64,000 nucleotides of DNA from assembly GCA_019244185.1 (NCBI GenBank), contig JAFATB010000019.1, positions 96,001 through 160,000 of the forward strand. The letters run 5' to 3'. The stretch is from Acidobacteriota bacterium (GTDB lineage Bacteria > Acidobacteriota > Thermoanaerobaculia > Gp7-AA8). This document shows positions 18,151 to 29,201 of the stretch, one piece after another (position 1 is the first letter of the stretch; every line of letters starts with the position of its first letter). The notes below the pieces were generated by a model that saw only the letters and a list, made by a program, of their open reading frames with translations, did not search any database and had not been told where the DNA came from. Made by a program: the position numbers and the translations under genes.

Positions 18151-20013
18151 ATGGAGTTCATCCAGGCAATCGCCGACGAGCACGTCTACCTCTTCGATGG
18201 TGCGATGGGGACGATGCTCTACGCGAAGGGCGTCTTCATCAACAAGTGCTACGACGAGCTGAACGTGCGCTCGCCGGAGATCGTGCTCGAGGTGCACCGG
18301 CAGTACGTGCGCGCGGGCGCGGAGATTCTCGAGACCAACACCTACGGCGCGAATCGCGTGAAGCTGCAGAGCTTCGGCATCGAGGACGAGCTGCGCGACA
18401 TCAACCTGCGCGCCGCCGAGATCGCGCGCAAGGCCGCGGGCGATTCCGTCTACGTCGCCGGCGCGATGGGACCGCTGGGCATCCGCATCGAGCCGTACGG
18501 ACCGATGGCGCTCGACGAGGCGCGCGGGATCTTTCGCGAACAGGCCGAGGCGCTGCGGGACGGCGGCGTGGATCTGTTCGTGCTCGAGACGTTCTCGAAC
18601 CTCAGCGAGATCGAACAGGCGCTCGAGGCGGTGCGCGACGTCTGCTCGCTGCCGGTGATCGCGCAGGTCACGATCGGCACCGACGGCCGCACGGTCTTCG
18701 GCGACACGCCGCGCGTCATCGCGCAGCGGCTCGACCGCGCCGGCGTCGACGTCATCGGCCTCAACTGCTCGGTCGGTCCCGACGTCATGCTCGACGCGAT
18801 CGAGGAGATGGCCGCGGTGACCGCGAAGAAGATCTCCTGTCAGCCGAACGCCGGCCTGCCGCGCGACGTCAACGGGCGGCAGATGTACATGGCCTCCCCT
18901 GACTACTTCGGCAAGTACGCCAAGCGGCTGATCCACAAGGGCGTCAAATTCATCGGCGGCTGCTGCGGCACGACGCCGGAGCACATCAAAGTCATGGCCG
19001 ACGCGGTGCGCCCGCTCTCGCCGCGGCGCGCGTTCGTCGTCGTCGAAAACGATCCGGCCGCCGACAAGCCCGCGGGCCGCGAGCCGGTGCCGATGTGCGA
19101 CCGCTCGCGCTGGGGCGAAAAGCTCGCGCGCGGCACGTTCGTCACCACGATCGAGATCACGCCGCCGAAAGGCGCGAACGCGGACGCGATGGTGCGCTCG
19201 GTGGAGAGCATCCGCGCCGCCGGAGTTGACGCCGTCAACGTCCCCGATGGCCCGCGCGCGCAAAACCGCATGGGCGCCATCGCCGTGGCCGTGCTGCTGC
19301 AGCAGCGCGTCGGCATCGAAGCGGTGCTGCACTACTGCTGCCGCGACCGCAATCTCCTCGGCATGCACTCCGATCTTCTCGGCTGCGCGGCGCTCGGCGT
19401 GCACAACCTGCTGCTGATCACCGGCGATCCGCCGAAGATGGGACCGTATCCCGAGGCGACGGCGGTGTTCGACATCGACAGCATCGGCCTCACGAACATG
19501 GTGAGCCTGATGAACCGCGGCCTCGACCTCGGCGGCAACCCATTCGGCGACGCCACGTGCTTCACGATCGGCGTCGGCGTGAATCCCGGTCATCTCGATC
19601 TCGATTACGAGCTGCGCCGCCTCGACTGGAAAGTGAAAGCCGGCGCCGAGTACGCGATCACGCAGCCGGTGTTCGACGTGCGGCAGCTCGAGCATTTCCT
19701 CGCGCGCATCGAACATCTGCACCTGCCCGTCGTCGCCGGCATCTGGCCGCTGCTCTCGTATCGCAACGCGCAGTTCATGAACAACGAAGTGCCGGGCGTC
19801 TCCGTGCCGGACGACGTCATGGAGCGCATGCGCATCGCGAGCGAGAAGGGCAAAGAGTTCGCGCTCGTCGAAGGCGTGACCATCGCGCGCGAGACGCTGG
19901 CCCGCGTGCGCGAGCGCGTCGCCGGCGTGCAGGTCTCCGCGCCGCTGGGACGCGTCGATCTCGCGCTGCAGGTGTTCGACGGACTCGTCGAGAAGCGCGT
20001 CAGCGCGTCGTGA
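18151..20013 (+). CDS. yitJ: Bifunctional homocysteine S-methyltransferase / methylenetetrahydrofolate reductase
   Basis: DGAMGT, ETNTYGAN, GLNC, GGCCGTTPEHI; MTHFR half EITPPKG, HYCCRDRN, TGDPP, ITQPVFD. Confidence 0.92.
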   Translation: MEFIQAIADEHVYLFDGAMGTMLYAKGVFINKCYDELNVRSPEIVLEVHRQYVRAGAEILETNTYGANRVKLQSFGIEDELRDINLRAAEIARKAAGDSVYVAGAMGPLGIRIEPYGPMALDEARGIFREQAEALRDGGVDLFVLETFSNLSEIEQALEAVRDVCSLPVIAQVTIGTDGRTVFGDTPRVIAQRLDRAGVDVIGLNCSVGPDVMLDAIEEMAAVTAKKISCQPNAGLPRDVNGRQMYMASPDYFGKYAKRLIHKGVKFIGGCCGTTPEHIKVMADAVRPLSPRRAFVVVENDPAADKPAGREPVPMCDRSRWGEKLARGTFVTTIEITPPKGANADAMVRSVESIRAAGVDAVNVPDGPRAQNRMGAIAVAVLLQQRVGIEAVLHYCCRDRNLLGMHSDLLGCAALGVHNLLLITGDPPKMGPYPEATAVFDIDSIGLTNMVSLMNRGLDLGGNPFGDATCFTIGVGVNPGHLDLDYELRRLDWKVKAGAEYAITQPVFDVRQLEHFLARIEHLHLPVVAGIWPLLSYRNAQFMNNEVPGVSVPDDVMERMRIASEKGKEFALVEGVTIARETLARVRERVAGVQVSAPLGRVDLALQVFDGLVEKRVSAS

Positions 20014-21120
20014 TCAACGCCTGCGGATGACGGCGATCGAGACGTCGTCTTCCGGCGGACGCGCGCCGGAGAACACGCGCCATTCGCCGACGAGCGAGTC
20101 GACGAGACCGACGGCGCTCGCGTCGGGATGCCAGCCGGCGATCACCTCGACGTACGCGTCGCCGAATTCCGTTTCGGCGGCGTTGCGCGCTTCCGTCAGG
20201 CCGTCCGACGCGAGCAGCAGACGCTCGCCGCTCGCGAGCGTGCCGTGCACGACGTCCCACGCGAGCCCTTGCTTCACGCCGAGGGGATAGGCGCCGCGGC
20301 CGATGCGCTCGACGACTCTGCCCTGCGCGTCGATCTTCAGAATCGGCGGATGTCCTGAGACCGTCGCGACGTACGTGCCGTCGGGCGAGAGCAGGAAGTA
20401 GCAGCACGAGAAGAACGAGCGCGAGCCGCCGGTGCGGCAGAGGATGCGGTTGAGCGACGCGACGATCGACTGCGGTTCCGGGTCGACGTCGAGCTGCGTG
20501 CGGAACGCCGCGTGCGCGACCGCCATCACCAGTCCCGCCGCCATGCCGTGTCCCGACGCGTCGCCGAAGAGAACCGCGAGGCGGCCGTCGGGCAATGGGA
20601 CGAAATCGTAGATGTCGCCGCCGACGGTGTTCGCGATGCGGTTGAACGCCGCGAGCTCCCACACGTCGCTCTGCGGCAGCTGCTGCGGGATGAGGCTCGC
20701 CTGCAGATCGCGCGCGAGCTGCAGCTCGTCGCGGAACTTGATCTTGTCGATCAGCTCCATCGCCAGGAGCAGCGTCATCATCAGAAACGTCGCGGTGAGC
20801 TCGAGGAACGTGCCGAGCGGCGGATGCCGCATCGCGCTGAACACCGACAGCAGGCACGCGAAGAAGGCGATGAACGAGAGCAGGAACAGGATGCGCCGAT
20901 GCGGCGCGAGCTTCTTCGCGAGGCCATAGAAGATCGCGCTGGTCGAGCGCACGAAGCGCCGCACGCGCTTCCGCTCCCGCGCGATCGAGTCGAGATGCTC
21001 GGCCATGAGCATCTTCTTCGTCTCCGGCCATTCGAGCGCGTAGAGGTTCGTCACATCGTTGGTGGTCAACGAGGTGACGGTGCTCTTGCCGAGGTCGATC
21101 CAGTCGCGGAGACGGGCCAT
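20014..21120 (-). CDS. Membrane-bound SpoIIE/RsbU-type PP2C phosphatase
   Basis: Two TMs; ELQLARDLQ, VGGDIYD, GDASGHG, ASDGLTEA, EDDVS. Confidence 0.9.
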   Translation of the reverse strand: MARLRDWIDLGKSTVTSLTTNDVTNLYALEWPETKKMLMAEHLDSIARERKRVRRFVRSTSAIFYGLAKKLAPHRRILFLLSFIAFFACLLSVFSAMRHPPLGTFLELTATFLMMTLLLAMELIDKIKFRDELQLARDLQASLIPQQLPQSDVWELAAFNRIANTVGGDIYDFVPLPDGRLAVLFGDASGHGMAAGLVMAVAHAAFRTQLDVDPEPQSIVASLNRILCRTGGSRSFFSCCYFLLSPDGTYVATVSGHPPILKIDAQGRVVERIGRGAYPLGVKQGLAWDVVHGTLASGERLLLASDGLTEARNAAETEFGDAYVEVIAGWHPDASAVGLVDSLVGEWRVFSGARPPEDDVSIAVIRRR

Positions 21121-21167
21121 CTGAGAGACGTTTACGGATTCAAGACGAGCGGGGTTTTCGGAACGGC

Positions 21168-21273
21168 TGAATGAAGAACGCAGAACGCGGAATGAAGAAT
21201 TCAGAAAGGGAGAACCGAAGCGCGGAGCGTCCTCTTCTCAATTCTTCATTCTGCGTTCTGCGTTCTTCATTCA
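21168..21273. repeat. Heptamer-built palindromic intergenic element, copy 1
   Basis: About 40-bp near-perfect IR of GAATGAA/GAACGCA units around a GC-rich loop. Confidence 0.85.
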
Positions 21274-21290
21274 TCTTTTAAACTCTCTCC

Positions 21291-24200
21291 GTGCCTCGCA
21301 GGCTCGCGTTCTTCCTCCTCGCCGTCGCGCTTGGTCTGCGCGCGCACGCGCAGGAACTGCCGTTCACGCAGTTCACGCCGAGCGATCAGGGCACTCCGCT
21401 TCCGTCCGCCAGCGTTCAGAAAGTCGTGCAGGACCACCTCGGCTTCATCTGGTTCGCGTTCTACTCGTCCGGCATCGCGCGCTACGACGGCCACGCGATG
21501 GAAAACTACGGCGTCTCCGACGGCCTCGTCGATCTCACCGTCCGCGAGATCGCGGAAGACGCGACGCATCATCTGTGGGTCGGCTCGGAAGCAGGGCTCG
21601 TCGTCTCCGACAAGCCGCTCGACGCGTATCGCGCGGGCGAGCGTCTGCGGTTCGTGTCGAACGTCGGCGGCGTCGCGCTCGCGCGCACGCGCATCCGCCG
21701 CAACTGCCTCATCGCGGCGAATGACGGGTGGGTGTGGGTCGGAACGCAGGACGGCATCGTGCGCTACCGCTTCGACGGGAACGGCGAGCTCGCGACGAGC
21801 AACGCCGATCTGCGCGACACGGAACAACCCGCGGCCGCGCTGGTGCTGTTCGCGCGTCGCGACGGCACGCTGCTCGCGGGTCTGCTCGGCGGCACGATCG
21901 TCGCGCTCGACGCGCGCGGCAACGTGCAGCGCATCGTCGCGCGCACGCAGCCGGTCGTCGGCGCATTCGCGGAGACCGCGGACGGCGCGTTGTGGGGCGG
22001 CGCGGTCGACGGCTCGATCGTGCGCTTCGACGCCGACACGCCGCGTGTCGTGAACCACGATCTCGGCGAGCGCATCGTGACGCTCCTCGCCACGCGCGAC
22101 GGCGACTTGTGGGCGGCGAGCCTCGGCAGCGGCGCGGTGCGCATTCAGCTGCGCGATCCCGCGCATCCGTTGCGCGTCACGCACGCGAACGGTCTCCTCG
22201 GCGACACGCTCTGGTCGCTGCTCGAAGACCGCGAAGGCAATCTCTGGTTCGGCCAGAACGGCGGCGTGTCGCGGCTGCGGCGCGGCTATCGCGCGTTCAG
22301 CGCGTACACGGCCGAGTCGTCGCCGGCGCTGCCGGATCCCGGCACGTTCGCCGCGATTCCGCGCGGGATCGCGCACGCGCCGTGGAACGACGCGCTCTGG
22401 ATCGGCACCGGCGGCGGACTCGCGGCCATCGATGCGAACGGCTCCGTGTCGACGCTCCGCGCCGCCGACGGGCTCTTTTCGAATCAGGTCTACGCGTTCG
22501 GTGACGACGGCGCCGGCCGTCTCTGGATCGGCACATCCGCGGGCGTCAACTGCCTGTCGCTCGCCGGTTCGGAGCCGCCGCCCTTCAGCGTCATGCAGCG
22601 CAAGCCGGTGACGATCGCGGGCGTGCACGCGGTGCTCAGCGCGATCGGCTTCGACTCGACGTATGCCGCGCACGGCAACGGACGCGCGATGTGCTTCGCC
22701 GGCGGCTGGGGCGTCGCGTGCCTCATGGACGACGCGTGGTATCTGCTGCGCGCCAACGCGGGACTGCCGGCCGCGGGGGCGTCGAGTCTCGCCTTCGACG
22801 CGAACGGCTATCTCTGGATCGGCAGCATCGACCACGGCGTGTACCGCACGCGCGCGCCGCTCGCGGAGAGTCTTGCGACCGCGCAACTCGATGGCGCGTC
22901 GCATCGCGAAGTCGCGCAACCGATCGTCGCGCCGGTGTGGACGAAGGCGAACGGCGCGCCGGCGGAGAACGTGCGGTCGCTCTTCGCCGACGCTCGCGGA
23001 CGGATCTGGGTCGGCACCGGCGTCGGCCTCGCGGTCGTCGACGCGGCGCCGCCGTTCCGCGCGACGCGCGTCCTCGAAGGACATCCCATCGTCGGCATGA
23101 CGCCGTCGCGCGACGGTCGGAGCATCTTCGTCAGCGACAACGCGGGGCTCGTCGAAGTCGACGCCGCGACGCTGCGCGTGCGCGCGCGCATCACGAAAGC
23201 GGACGGCCTCGTCGACGACGAGGCGTGGGCGTACGGTCCGCTGACGACGGGACCGGACGGCCGCATTCACTTCGCGACGCCGAGCGGTCTCTCGATCTTC
23301 GATCCCGCGCTGCGCGACGCCGCCGCGCCGGCGCCGATCGTGCGGCTGCGCAACGTCGAGATCGGCGCGGACCACGACGTCGCGTTCGAGTATGCCGCGC
23401 TCACGTTCCTCGACGAGGCGCGCGTTCGCTACCGCACGCGGCTCGAGGGCTTCGACCGCGGCTGGTCGAATCCGACGAGCGACGTGAAGATCCGCTACAC
23501 GAACCTCCCGGCGCTCTTCTTCGCGCGCGACTACACGTTCGAAGTCGAGGCGCGCAACGGCGACGGCGCGTGGTCGAAGCCGGCGGTCTATCGCATGTCC
23601 ATTCAGCCGCCGCTCTGGCTGCGGTGGTGGGCGGCGCTGCTCTACGCCGCGCTCGTCGTGTGGCTGCTGTGGCTGACGAACCGCTACCGCACGCGCCAGC
23701 TCAAGCGCAAGAACCGGGTGCTCGAAGACCTGGTGCTTGCGCGCACGGCCGAGATCCGCGCGCAGGCGCGCGAGCTCGAGACGCTCGACCGCATCGTTGA
23801 AGTGATCAACCGCGAGGTCGTGCTCGAGAACGTGCTCAAGAGCATTCTCGATCAGGGCATGAAGCTCTTTCCGCAGGCGGAGAAAGGAGTCTTCATCCGC
23901 TTCGACGAGCAGACCGGCCGCACGGAGGCGATCGCGTACTCCGGCTACGACGCCGACTTTTTCCGCGGCATCTCGATGACCTTCGAAGAGACCATGCGCC
24001 GCTACTCCGAGCGCGCGGAGCAGCTCGAGGAAGGCGTCTATCTCATCAAAGGCGACGCGTTCCGCGACCTCGAAGGCAACGATCGCCTCGCGCATTTCCC
24101 GCGGCCGAAGGCGATGCTTGCGATGGCCGTCACGCTCGGTGGCCGCATGGAAGGCTTCCTCGTCTTCGACAACTTCTCGAACGAGCAGGCCTTCGGCCGC

Positions 24201-25799
24201 TCCGACCTGCAGAAGCTCGCGCGCGTCCGCGAGCACGCCATCTCCGCGATCGCGAAGGCGCGCATCCTGCGCGAGCTGCAGATCAAGAACGAGCAGGCCG
24301 AAGAGGCGAACCGCGCGAAGAGCATCTTCCTCGCGAACATGTCCCACGAGTTGCGCACGCCGATGAACGCGATCATCGGCTTCTCCGAGATCCTCGTCGA
24401 GCGCCTGCACGACCGCATCGAGCCGAAGTACCTCGGATTTCTCCGCTCCATCCTGCAGTCGGGGCAGCACCTCCTCAGCATCATCAACGACATCCTCGAT
24501 CTCTCGAAAGTCGAGGCGGGGAAGATGGAGCTGTATCCCGAGACCTTCAGCGTGCGCGGCGCGATCGACGGCGTCTGCCAGGTGATGAAGGGGCTCTCAT
24601 CGAAGAAGACGGTCACGTTCGACGTCGACGTCGCGCCCGACGTCACCGACATCGAGACCGATCACGCGAAGTTCAAGCAGATCCTCTACAACCTGCTGTC
24701 GAACGCCGTGAAGTTCTCGAAGTCGCAGGGCGTCGTCACGATCCGCGCGCGCCGCGTCGGCGAGTCGGTGGCGATCTCCGTCATCGACCGCGGCATCGGC
24801 ATCGCGCCCGAACATCAGAAGGTGATCTTCGACGAGTTCCGCCAGGTCGAGAGCGCGATGAGCCGCTCGTACGGCGGCACGGGACTGGGGCTGTCGCTGG
24901 TGAAGAAGTTCGTCGAGCTGCAGCGCGGCAGCGTCGGCGTGCGCAGCGTCGTCGGCGAAGGAAGCGAGTTCACGTTCACGCTGCCGCTGCGTTTCGCCGG
25001 CACCGCGATCCCGAGTCCGATCGTCGGCCCCGACGGCGTGGTCGTGCCGCCGGGGAATCGCGTGCTCGTCGTCGAAGACGAAGATGAGGCGTTCGACACG
25101 CTGAGCGCGTATCTGCATTCGGCCGGCTACGTGCCGATCCGCGCCCGCTCCGGCGAAGAAGCGCTGAAGCTCGCGCGCGTCATGCGCCTGCACGCGATCA
25201 CGCTCGACCTCGTGCTGCCGGGCATGGAAGGGTGGAACGTGCTGCGCGAGCTCAAACGCGATCCGGCGACGGCGAACGTGCCGGTGATCATCGTCTCGAT
25301 GCTCGACAACCGCGAGCTCGCGCTCGCCGTCGGCGCGGAAGACTACTTCGTCAAGCCGGTCGACTGGCCGCGACTGCTGCGGCGCCTCGCGGAGATCACC
25401 GGTCCGGCGCGCGTCGCACGCGGCGCGCGCTTGCTCGTCGTCGACGATGACGCGGCCGTGCACGCGATGCTCGAACAGGAGCTCGAGCGCGAGGGCTACA
25501 TCGTCGAGAGCGCGGCGTCAGGCGCGGAAGGCCTCGCGCGCGCGGAGACGCTGCGTCCCGATGTGATCATCCTCGATCTCATGATGCCGGGCATGAGCGG
25601 CTTCGAGCTCGCCGACGCGCTGCGCCAGCGCGAGACCACCGCGCGCATTCCGATCGTCGTCTTCACGGCGAAGGAGCTGACCGCCGAAGACCGCGAGCGG
25701 CTGCGCCACGGCGTGAGCGGACTCGTGACGAAGGGCAGTGCCGCGGGCGCGCGGCTCATTCAAGCCATTCGCGCGCTGGAAACACCGGCGACGGCGTAA
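21291..25799 (+). CDS. Hybrid sensor kinase: beta-propeller/Y_Y_Y, TM, GAF, HisKA, HATPase, two REC domains
   Basis: D..G.LW repeats, YRTRLEGFD...[32 protein letters not shown], two receivers with the conserved Asp. Confidence 0.93.
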   Translation: MPRRLAFFLLAVALGLRAHAQELPFTQFTPSDQGTPLPSASVQKVVQDHLGFIWFAFYSSGIARYDGHAMENYGVSDGLVDLTVREIAEDATHHLWVGSEAGLVVSDKPLDAYRAGERLRFVSNVGGVALARTRIRRNCLIAANDGWVWVGTQDGIVRYRFDGNGELATSNADLRDTEQPAAALVLFARRDGTLLAGLLGGTIVALDARGNVQRIVARTQPVVGAFAETADGALWGGAVDGSIVRFDADTPRVVNHDLGERIVTLLATRDGDLWAASLGSGAVRIQLRDPAHPLRVTHANGLLGDTLWSLLEDREGNLWFGQNGGVSRLRRGYRAFSAYTAESSPALPDPGTFAAIPRGIAHAPWNDALWIGTGGGLAAIDANGSVSTLRAADGLFSNQVYAFGDDGAGRLWIGTSAGVNCLSLAGSEPPPFSVMQRKPVTIAGVHAVLSAIGFDSTYAAHGNGRAMCFAGGWGVACLMDDAWYLLRANAGLPAAGASSLAFDANGYLWIGSIDHGVYRTRAPLAESLATAQLDGASHREVAQPIVAPVWTKANGAPAENVRSLFADARGRIWVGTGVGLAVVDAAPPFRATRVLEGHPIVGMTPSRDGRSIFVSDNAGLVEVDAATLRVRARITKADGLVDDEAWAYGPLTTGPDGRIHFATPSGLSIFDPALRDAAAPAPIVRLRNVEIGADHDVAFEYAALTFLDEARVRYRTRLEGFDRGWSNPTSDVKIRYTNLPALFFARDYTFEVEARNGDGAWSKPAVYRMSIQPPLWLRWWAALLYAALVVWLLWLTNRYRTRQLKRKNRVLEDLVLARTAEIRAQARELETLDRIVEVINREVVLENVLKSILDQGMKLFPQAEKGVFIRFDEQTGRTEAIAYSGYDADFFRGISMTFEETMRRYSERAEQLEEGVYLIKGDAFRDLEGNDRLAHFPRPKAMLAMAVTLGGRMEGFLVFDNFSNEQAFGRSDLQKLARVREHAISAIAKARILRELQIKNEQAEEANRAKSIFLANMSHELRTPMNAIIGFSEILVERLHDRIEPKYLGFLRSILQSGQHLLSIINDILDLSKVEAGKMELYPETFSVRGAIDGVCQVMKGLSSKKTVTFDVDVAPDVTDIETDHAKFKQILYNLLSNAVKFSKSQGVVTIRARRVGESVAISVIDRGIGIAPEHQKVIFDEFRQVESAMSRSYGGTGLGLSLVKKFVELQRGSVGVRSVVGEGSEFTFTLPLRFAGTAIPSPIVGPDGVVVPPGNRVLVVEDEDEAFDTLSAYLHSAGYVPIRARSGEEALKLARVMRLHAITLDLVLPGMEGWNVLRELKRDPATANVPVIIVSMLDNRELALAVGAEDYFVKPVDWPRLLRRLAEITGPARVARGARLLVVDDDAAVHAMLEQELEREGYIVESAASGAEGLARAETLRPDVIILDLMMPGMSGFELADALRQRETTARIPIVVFTAKELTAEDRERLRHGVSGLVTKGSAAGARLIQAIRALETPATA

Positions 25800-27026
25800 C
25801 TACCGCCGATGCTGCCCCGACGCGCGGCGGATCGGCTCGACCGGTGCGGCCGGCTTCTCCGGTTGCGGCGCGGGCGGTGGCGTGGGCGGCGTCGCGGGAG
25901 GTGCCGTCGGCGTCTTCGCCTCGCGCGCGGCGTCGGACGGCGTGCGCAGGATCACCGCGAGCACGCCGATGCCGATGAGACCGATGATCACGAGCAGGAG
26001 ACCGCGGCTGGCGAGATCGGGCTTTCCGTTCGCGGGCGGCTGCGGGAGCTGCACCGGTTCTTGTGCAGGCGTGGAATCGACGACCGTCGGCGTGATCGGC
26101 GCGGGGGTGGCGGTGGGCGGCGCGACCGGCGTGTTGCTCGCGGTCGATGCGGGAATCGGCGCGGGCGTCGTGCTGATCGGCGCAGGATTCGGTGCCGCGC
26201 TGTTCGCGGACGAGCTCGCGTTCGGCGTCGCCGTCACCGGCTCGGCATGCACGACGACCGGCGGCGCGATCGGCGCGGCGGTCGCGTGTTGCGGCGCGGT
26301 CGTTTGCGCGGACTTGGTTGCATGCGGCGTCGCGGACTTTGCGTTCGAGGACGCGCGCGCGTGCACCGGCGCATTCGCATGCGCGGATCTCGTTTCGTGC
26401 CTCGGCGTCGCGTGCGTCGCATCAGCGCTGCGCACCGGCTTCTTCGTGTGCTTCGGCGTTTCCACGCGCGCGGACTTGGTCGTGGAGTGCGACGTCGTAT
26501 GCGTACGCGAGGGCGTCGGCGTAAGGTGCGCGATCGTCGTGCGCGGCGTGTCGCCGTCGAGCACGCGCTCGAGGATGAACGTGCGCGTTTCGCTGGTCGG
26601 ATAGAACGTGTGGCCGCGATCGTCGACGATGCGGTTTCGCGCGATCGCGGCGGCGAGCCCGGGGTACGCGCGGCTGAGGCGCGTGAACGTGTCTTCGCCG
26701 TAGAACGCGCCGATCGGATCGGTCACCGAGTACGTCCAGAGCTCGTAGAGCGGGCGCCACGCGGCGGCGGGATGCCGCTCGTACAGTGCGGCGAAGGTCG
26801 CGTAGTCATTCGCACGCGCGGCCTGCGCGAGCGTCCCGGATTCGGGTGCGGCCTCGGAGCGGATCGGCTCGACGGGTAGCGTCACGGACGGCAAGGCCGC
26901 GTCGGCGATGAACGTCCGCGGCTGCACGGGCGGCAGCGGCTCTTCCTGTCCGTTGAGGGGCAACGCGTTCGCGCCGAGGAGCGCGAGAAGACCAGCTGCA
27001 GCGGTGACGGAGTTCCTGAATCGCAC
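25800..27026 (-). CDS. Hypothetical exported protein with Pro/Thr/Ala-rich linker and C-terminal TM
   Basis: GGGAGG RBS, signal peptide, low-complexity linker, TM LLLVIIGLIGIGVLAVIL. Confidence 0.7.
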   Translation of the reverse strand: MRFRNSVTAAAGLLALLGANALPLNGQEEPLPPVQPRTFIADAALPSVTLPVEPIRSEAAPESGTLAQAARANDYATFAALYERHPAAAWRPLYELWTYSVTDPIGAFYGEDTFTRLSRAYPGLAAAIARNRIVDDRGHTFYPTSETRTFILERVLDGDTPRTTIAHLTPTPSRTHTTSHSTTKSARVETPKHTKKPVRSADATHATPRHETRSAHANAPVHARASSNAKSATPHATKSAQTTAPQHATAAPIAPPVVVHAEPVTATPNASSSANSAAPNPAPISTTPAPIPASTASNTPVAPPTATPAPITPTVVDSTPAQEPVQLPQPPANGKPDLASRGLLLVIIGLIGIGVLAVILRTPSDAAREAKTPTAPPATPPTPPPAPQPEKPAAPVEPIRRASGQHRR

Positions 27027-27098
27027 GCAACCCTCCCGGCCGTATCTGGGGACCCGGAAGAGTGTAGCGCGAAATGTGCCGGGACGGACGCGCCCCGG

Positions 27099-27563
27099 TT
27101 ATTGCGGCCGCGGTGGCCGCGCGGAGGCCTGCTGCCCGAGGATGCGGGCGGTGTCGATGAGTTCCTGGATGGTCGTCTGATCCTTGCCGCTGGCCTGCAG
27201 GAGATTGATGCGGATGGCGCTGTCGAGCGGGATCATCACGTTCGCGGGATCGGAGTAGAAGCGCTCGAGACCCGACACGAGCTCGAAGCCCGTGATCTTG
27301 CCGGCGGTCGACGTCTGCCGCTCGGTGCGCGCGGCGAGACTGGCGCACGGCGAAGTCGGACCGGCCGTCACGTCGATCTTGTCGAGTGCGTCGCGGTAGC
27401 CGGCCGAGTACCCGATGGCCCAGAAGAGTTTCTCGGTGCTGCTGAGCCGGAGCCATTCCTCACCATTGCTCGGCGGCGTGATCTCGGGCGCGGCGGGCCG
27501 ATCGGCGGCCATCCCGACGACCGCGGTGAGGAGCAGGGCAAGACCGACGACGATTTTTTTCAT
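27099..27563 (-). CDS. Hypothetical secreted protein
   Basis: MKKIVVGLALLLTAVVGMA signal peptide; GAAGG upstream. Confidence 0.7.
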   Translation of the reverse strand: MKKIVVGLALLLTAVVGMAADRPAAPEITPPSNGEEWLRLSSTEKLFWAIGYSAGYRDALDKIDVTAGPTSPCASLAARTERQTSTAGKITGFELVSGLERFYSDPANVMIPLDSAIRINLLQASGKDQTTIQELIDTARILGQQASARPPRPQ

Positions 27564-27645
27564 TGGACGCACCTTCTCAAGATTGGAACGGCTGGTCGAT
27601 TCGGGCGCGATTCTAACCAAATGCAGGGAGCGAACGGAAGAGCGA

Positions 27646-29058
27646 TCAGTCGGCCGCGGCTTCGATCTTCGCACGATACCGCGCGACATCGGGAGTGATC
27701 TCGATGAACGGCAGCGCCGCCGCGAGCTCGCGCTTCGCCTGCACGTACGCGCCGGTCTCGTAGAGCGCCACCGCGATGTAGTAGCGGTACGGCTCTTCGC
27801 CGCCGCGCAGCGTGCCGGCCCGGCTGAACGCCGCCAGCGCGTTCGCGAAGTCGCGCGCGCGGTAGAAGCCTTCCGCGACGCGGATCAGCGCATCGTGATC
27901 GAGGCGCATGTCGAGCAGTCCGCGATAGATCGTCCGCGCCTCGGGCAGCTGCGCGCGTGACAGCGCGCGTTCCGCCGCGGCGAAGCGCGACGCGAGCTCG
28001 GCGGCCGTCGGCGCCGGCGCGAGCGTGTTCATGGGCGCTGTCGTCGCGGGCGCGGTGGTCGTCGTGCGCGTCGTCGTGGTCGTGGTCGTCGTGGTGGTGC
28101 GCGGGGCGGCGGCGGTGCTCGATGGCGCGCTGTTCGGCACCGTGGTGCGCGCGGGGCTCGGCGGCTGCGTCGTCGTGCGCGGCGTCGTCGCCGTGCTGCT
28201 CGGCGGAACCGTGGTGGTGCCGCTCGGCGCCGCGGTGTTGTTGCGCGGCGTCGTCGATGGCGCGGACGGCTGCGTGTTGCGCGGCGTGGTGGCCGGCGCC
28301 GACGTGCTGGTGTTCGGCAGCGCGGTGTTCGACGGTTGCGTCGCGGCGGTGCGCGGCGGAGGGTTCGTGGTCGTGCGCGGCGCGGTGGTGCTGCTCGGCG
28401 GCGGCACCGGAATGGCGTGCGGCGCGTTGGTATTCGCCGGCGTCGTCATGTCCGTCGTCTGCGTCGGACGCGTCGGCGTCACCGGCTGCGGCGGATTGTT
28501 GCGCGGCGCGGTCGTCGTCGAGCGCGGCGGCGTTGTCGTCTGCGTCGTGCGCGGCGTCGTCGCAGCCGTCGTCGACGGATTGCTGTTGTTCGACGTCGTC
28601 CGCGGCGGCGGCGTCACATCCGCTTCTTCGCCCAGCGGCACCGAAGGCGTCGCGGGGTTGCGGCCGAGCGTCGCCACTTCCGCGCCAGTCAACAGCTTCT
28701 TCGCCACGGTCTCGAACGCGGAGCGCGTCTGCGCGGGCAGCGCGCGATAGTGCGGCTCGATGCGCTCGGCCGCGACGACGCGACGCGCGGCATCACGCGC
28801 CGGCTCTTCCTGCGCGAGGCGGTCGTACGCGATCGCGAGCGACGCCTGCGCGAGCTCGTACTGCTCGAGCGCATCCACGAGCCCAAAGGCCGCGACGCGC
28901 AGCGGCGTCGTCGCATCCTCGAAGCGTCCCGCCTCGAGGGCGCTCACGCCGCGGCGCAGAAGATTGATGTAGAAATCGGCCGCCGTCGCTCCCTGGAGGG
29001 GAACGGACGCGCCCAGCAGAAGCGCGATCAGCAATGGGGCGATTGCAAATTTCCGCAT
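27646..29058 (-). CDS. Secreted TPR-like protein with long Thr/Pro linker
   Basis: Signal peptide; N- and C-terminal helical TPR-like domains; (T/A)PRTT-type repeats. Confidence 0.72.
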   Translation of the reverse strand: MRKFAIAPLLIALLLGASVPLQGATAADFYINLLRRGVSALEAGRFEDATTPLRVAAFGLVDALEQYELAQASLAIAYDRLAQEEPARDAARRVVAAERIEPHYRALPAQTRSAFETVAKKLLTGAEVATLGRNPATPSVPLGEEADVTPPPRTTSNNSNPSTTAATTPRTTQTTTPPRSTTTAPRNNPPQPVTPTRPTQTTDMTTPANTNAPHAIPVPPPSSTTAPRTTTNPPPRTAATQPSNTALPNTSTSAPATTPRNTQPSAPSTTPRNNTAAPSGTTTVPPSSTATTPRTTTQPPSPARTTVPNSAPSSTAAAPRTTTTTTTTTTRTTTTAPATTAPMNTLAPAPTAAELASRFAAAERALSRAQLPEARTIYRGLLDMRLDHDALIRVAEGFYRARDFANALAAFSRAGTLRGGEEPYRYYIAVALYETGAYVQAKRELAAALPFIEITPDVARYRAKIEAAAD

Positions 29059-29201
29059 TCGGACGCGGTTCAGAACAGCAGAGCCTTGCGCCGAATTCGC
29101 GCGTCACTGCACGGCATTCGGACCTGTTTCCGATTCTGCCACAACCCAAGCTACGGCGTCGACAGGGGTTACGTCAGAAATGAAGTAACATCCTCCGACT
29201 C

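Noticed and set aside
21168-21273. Heptamer repeats as a CRISPR array
   Set aside because: These are inverted short units with no unique spacers and no cas genes.
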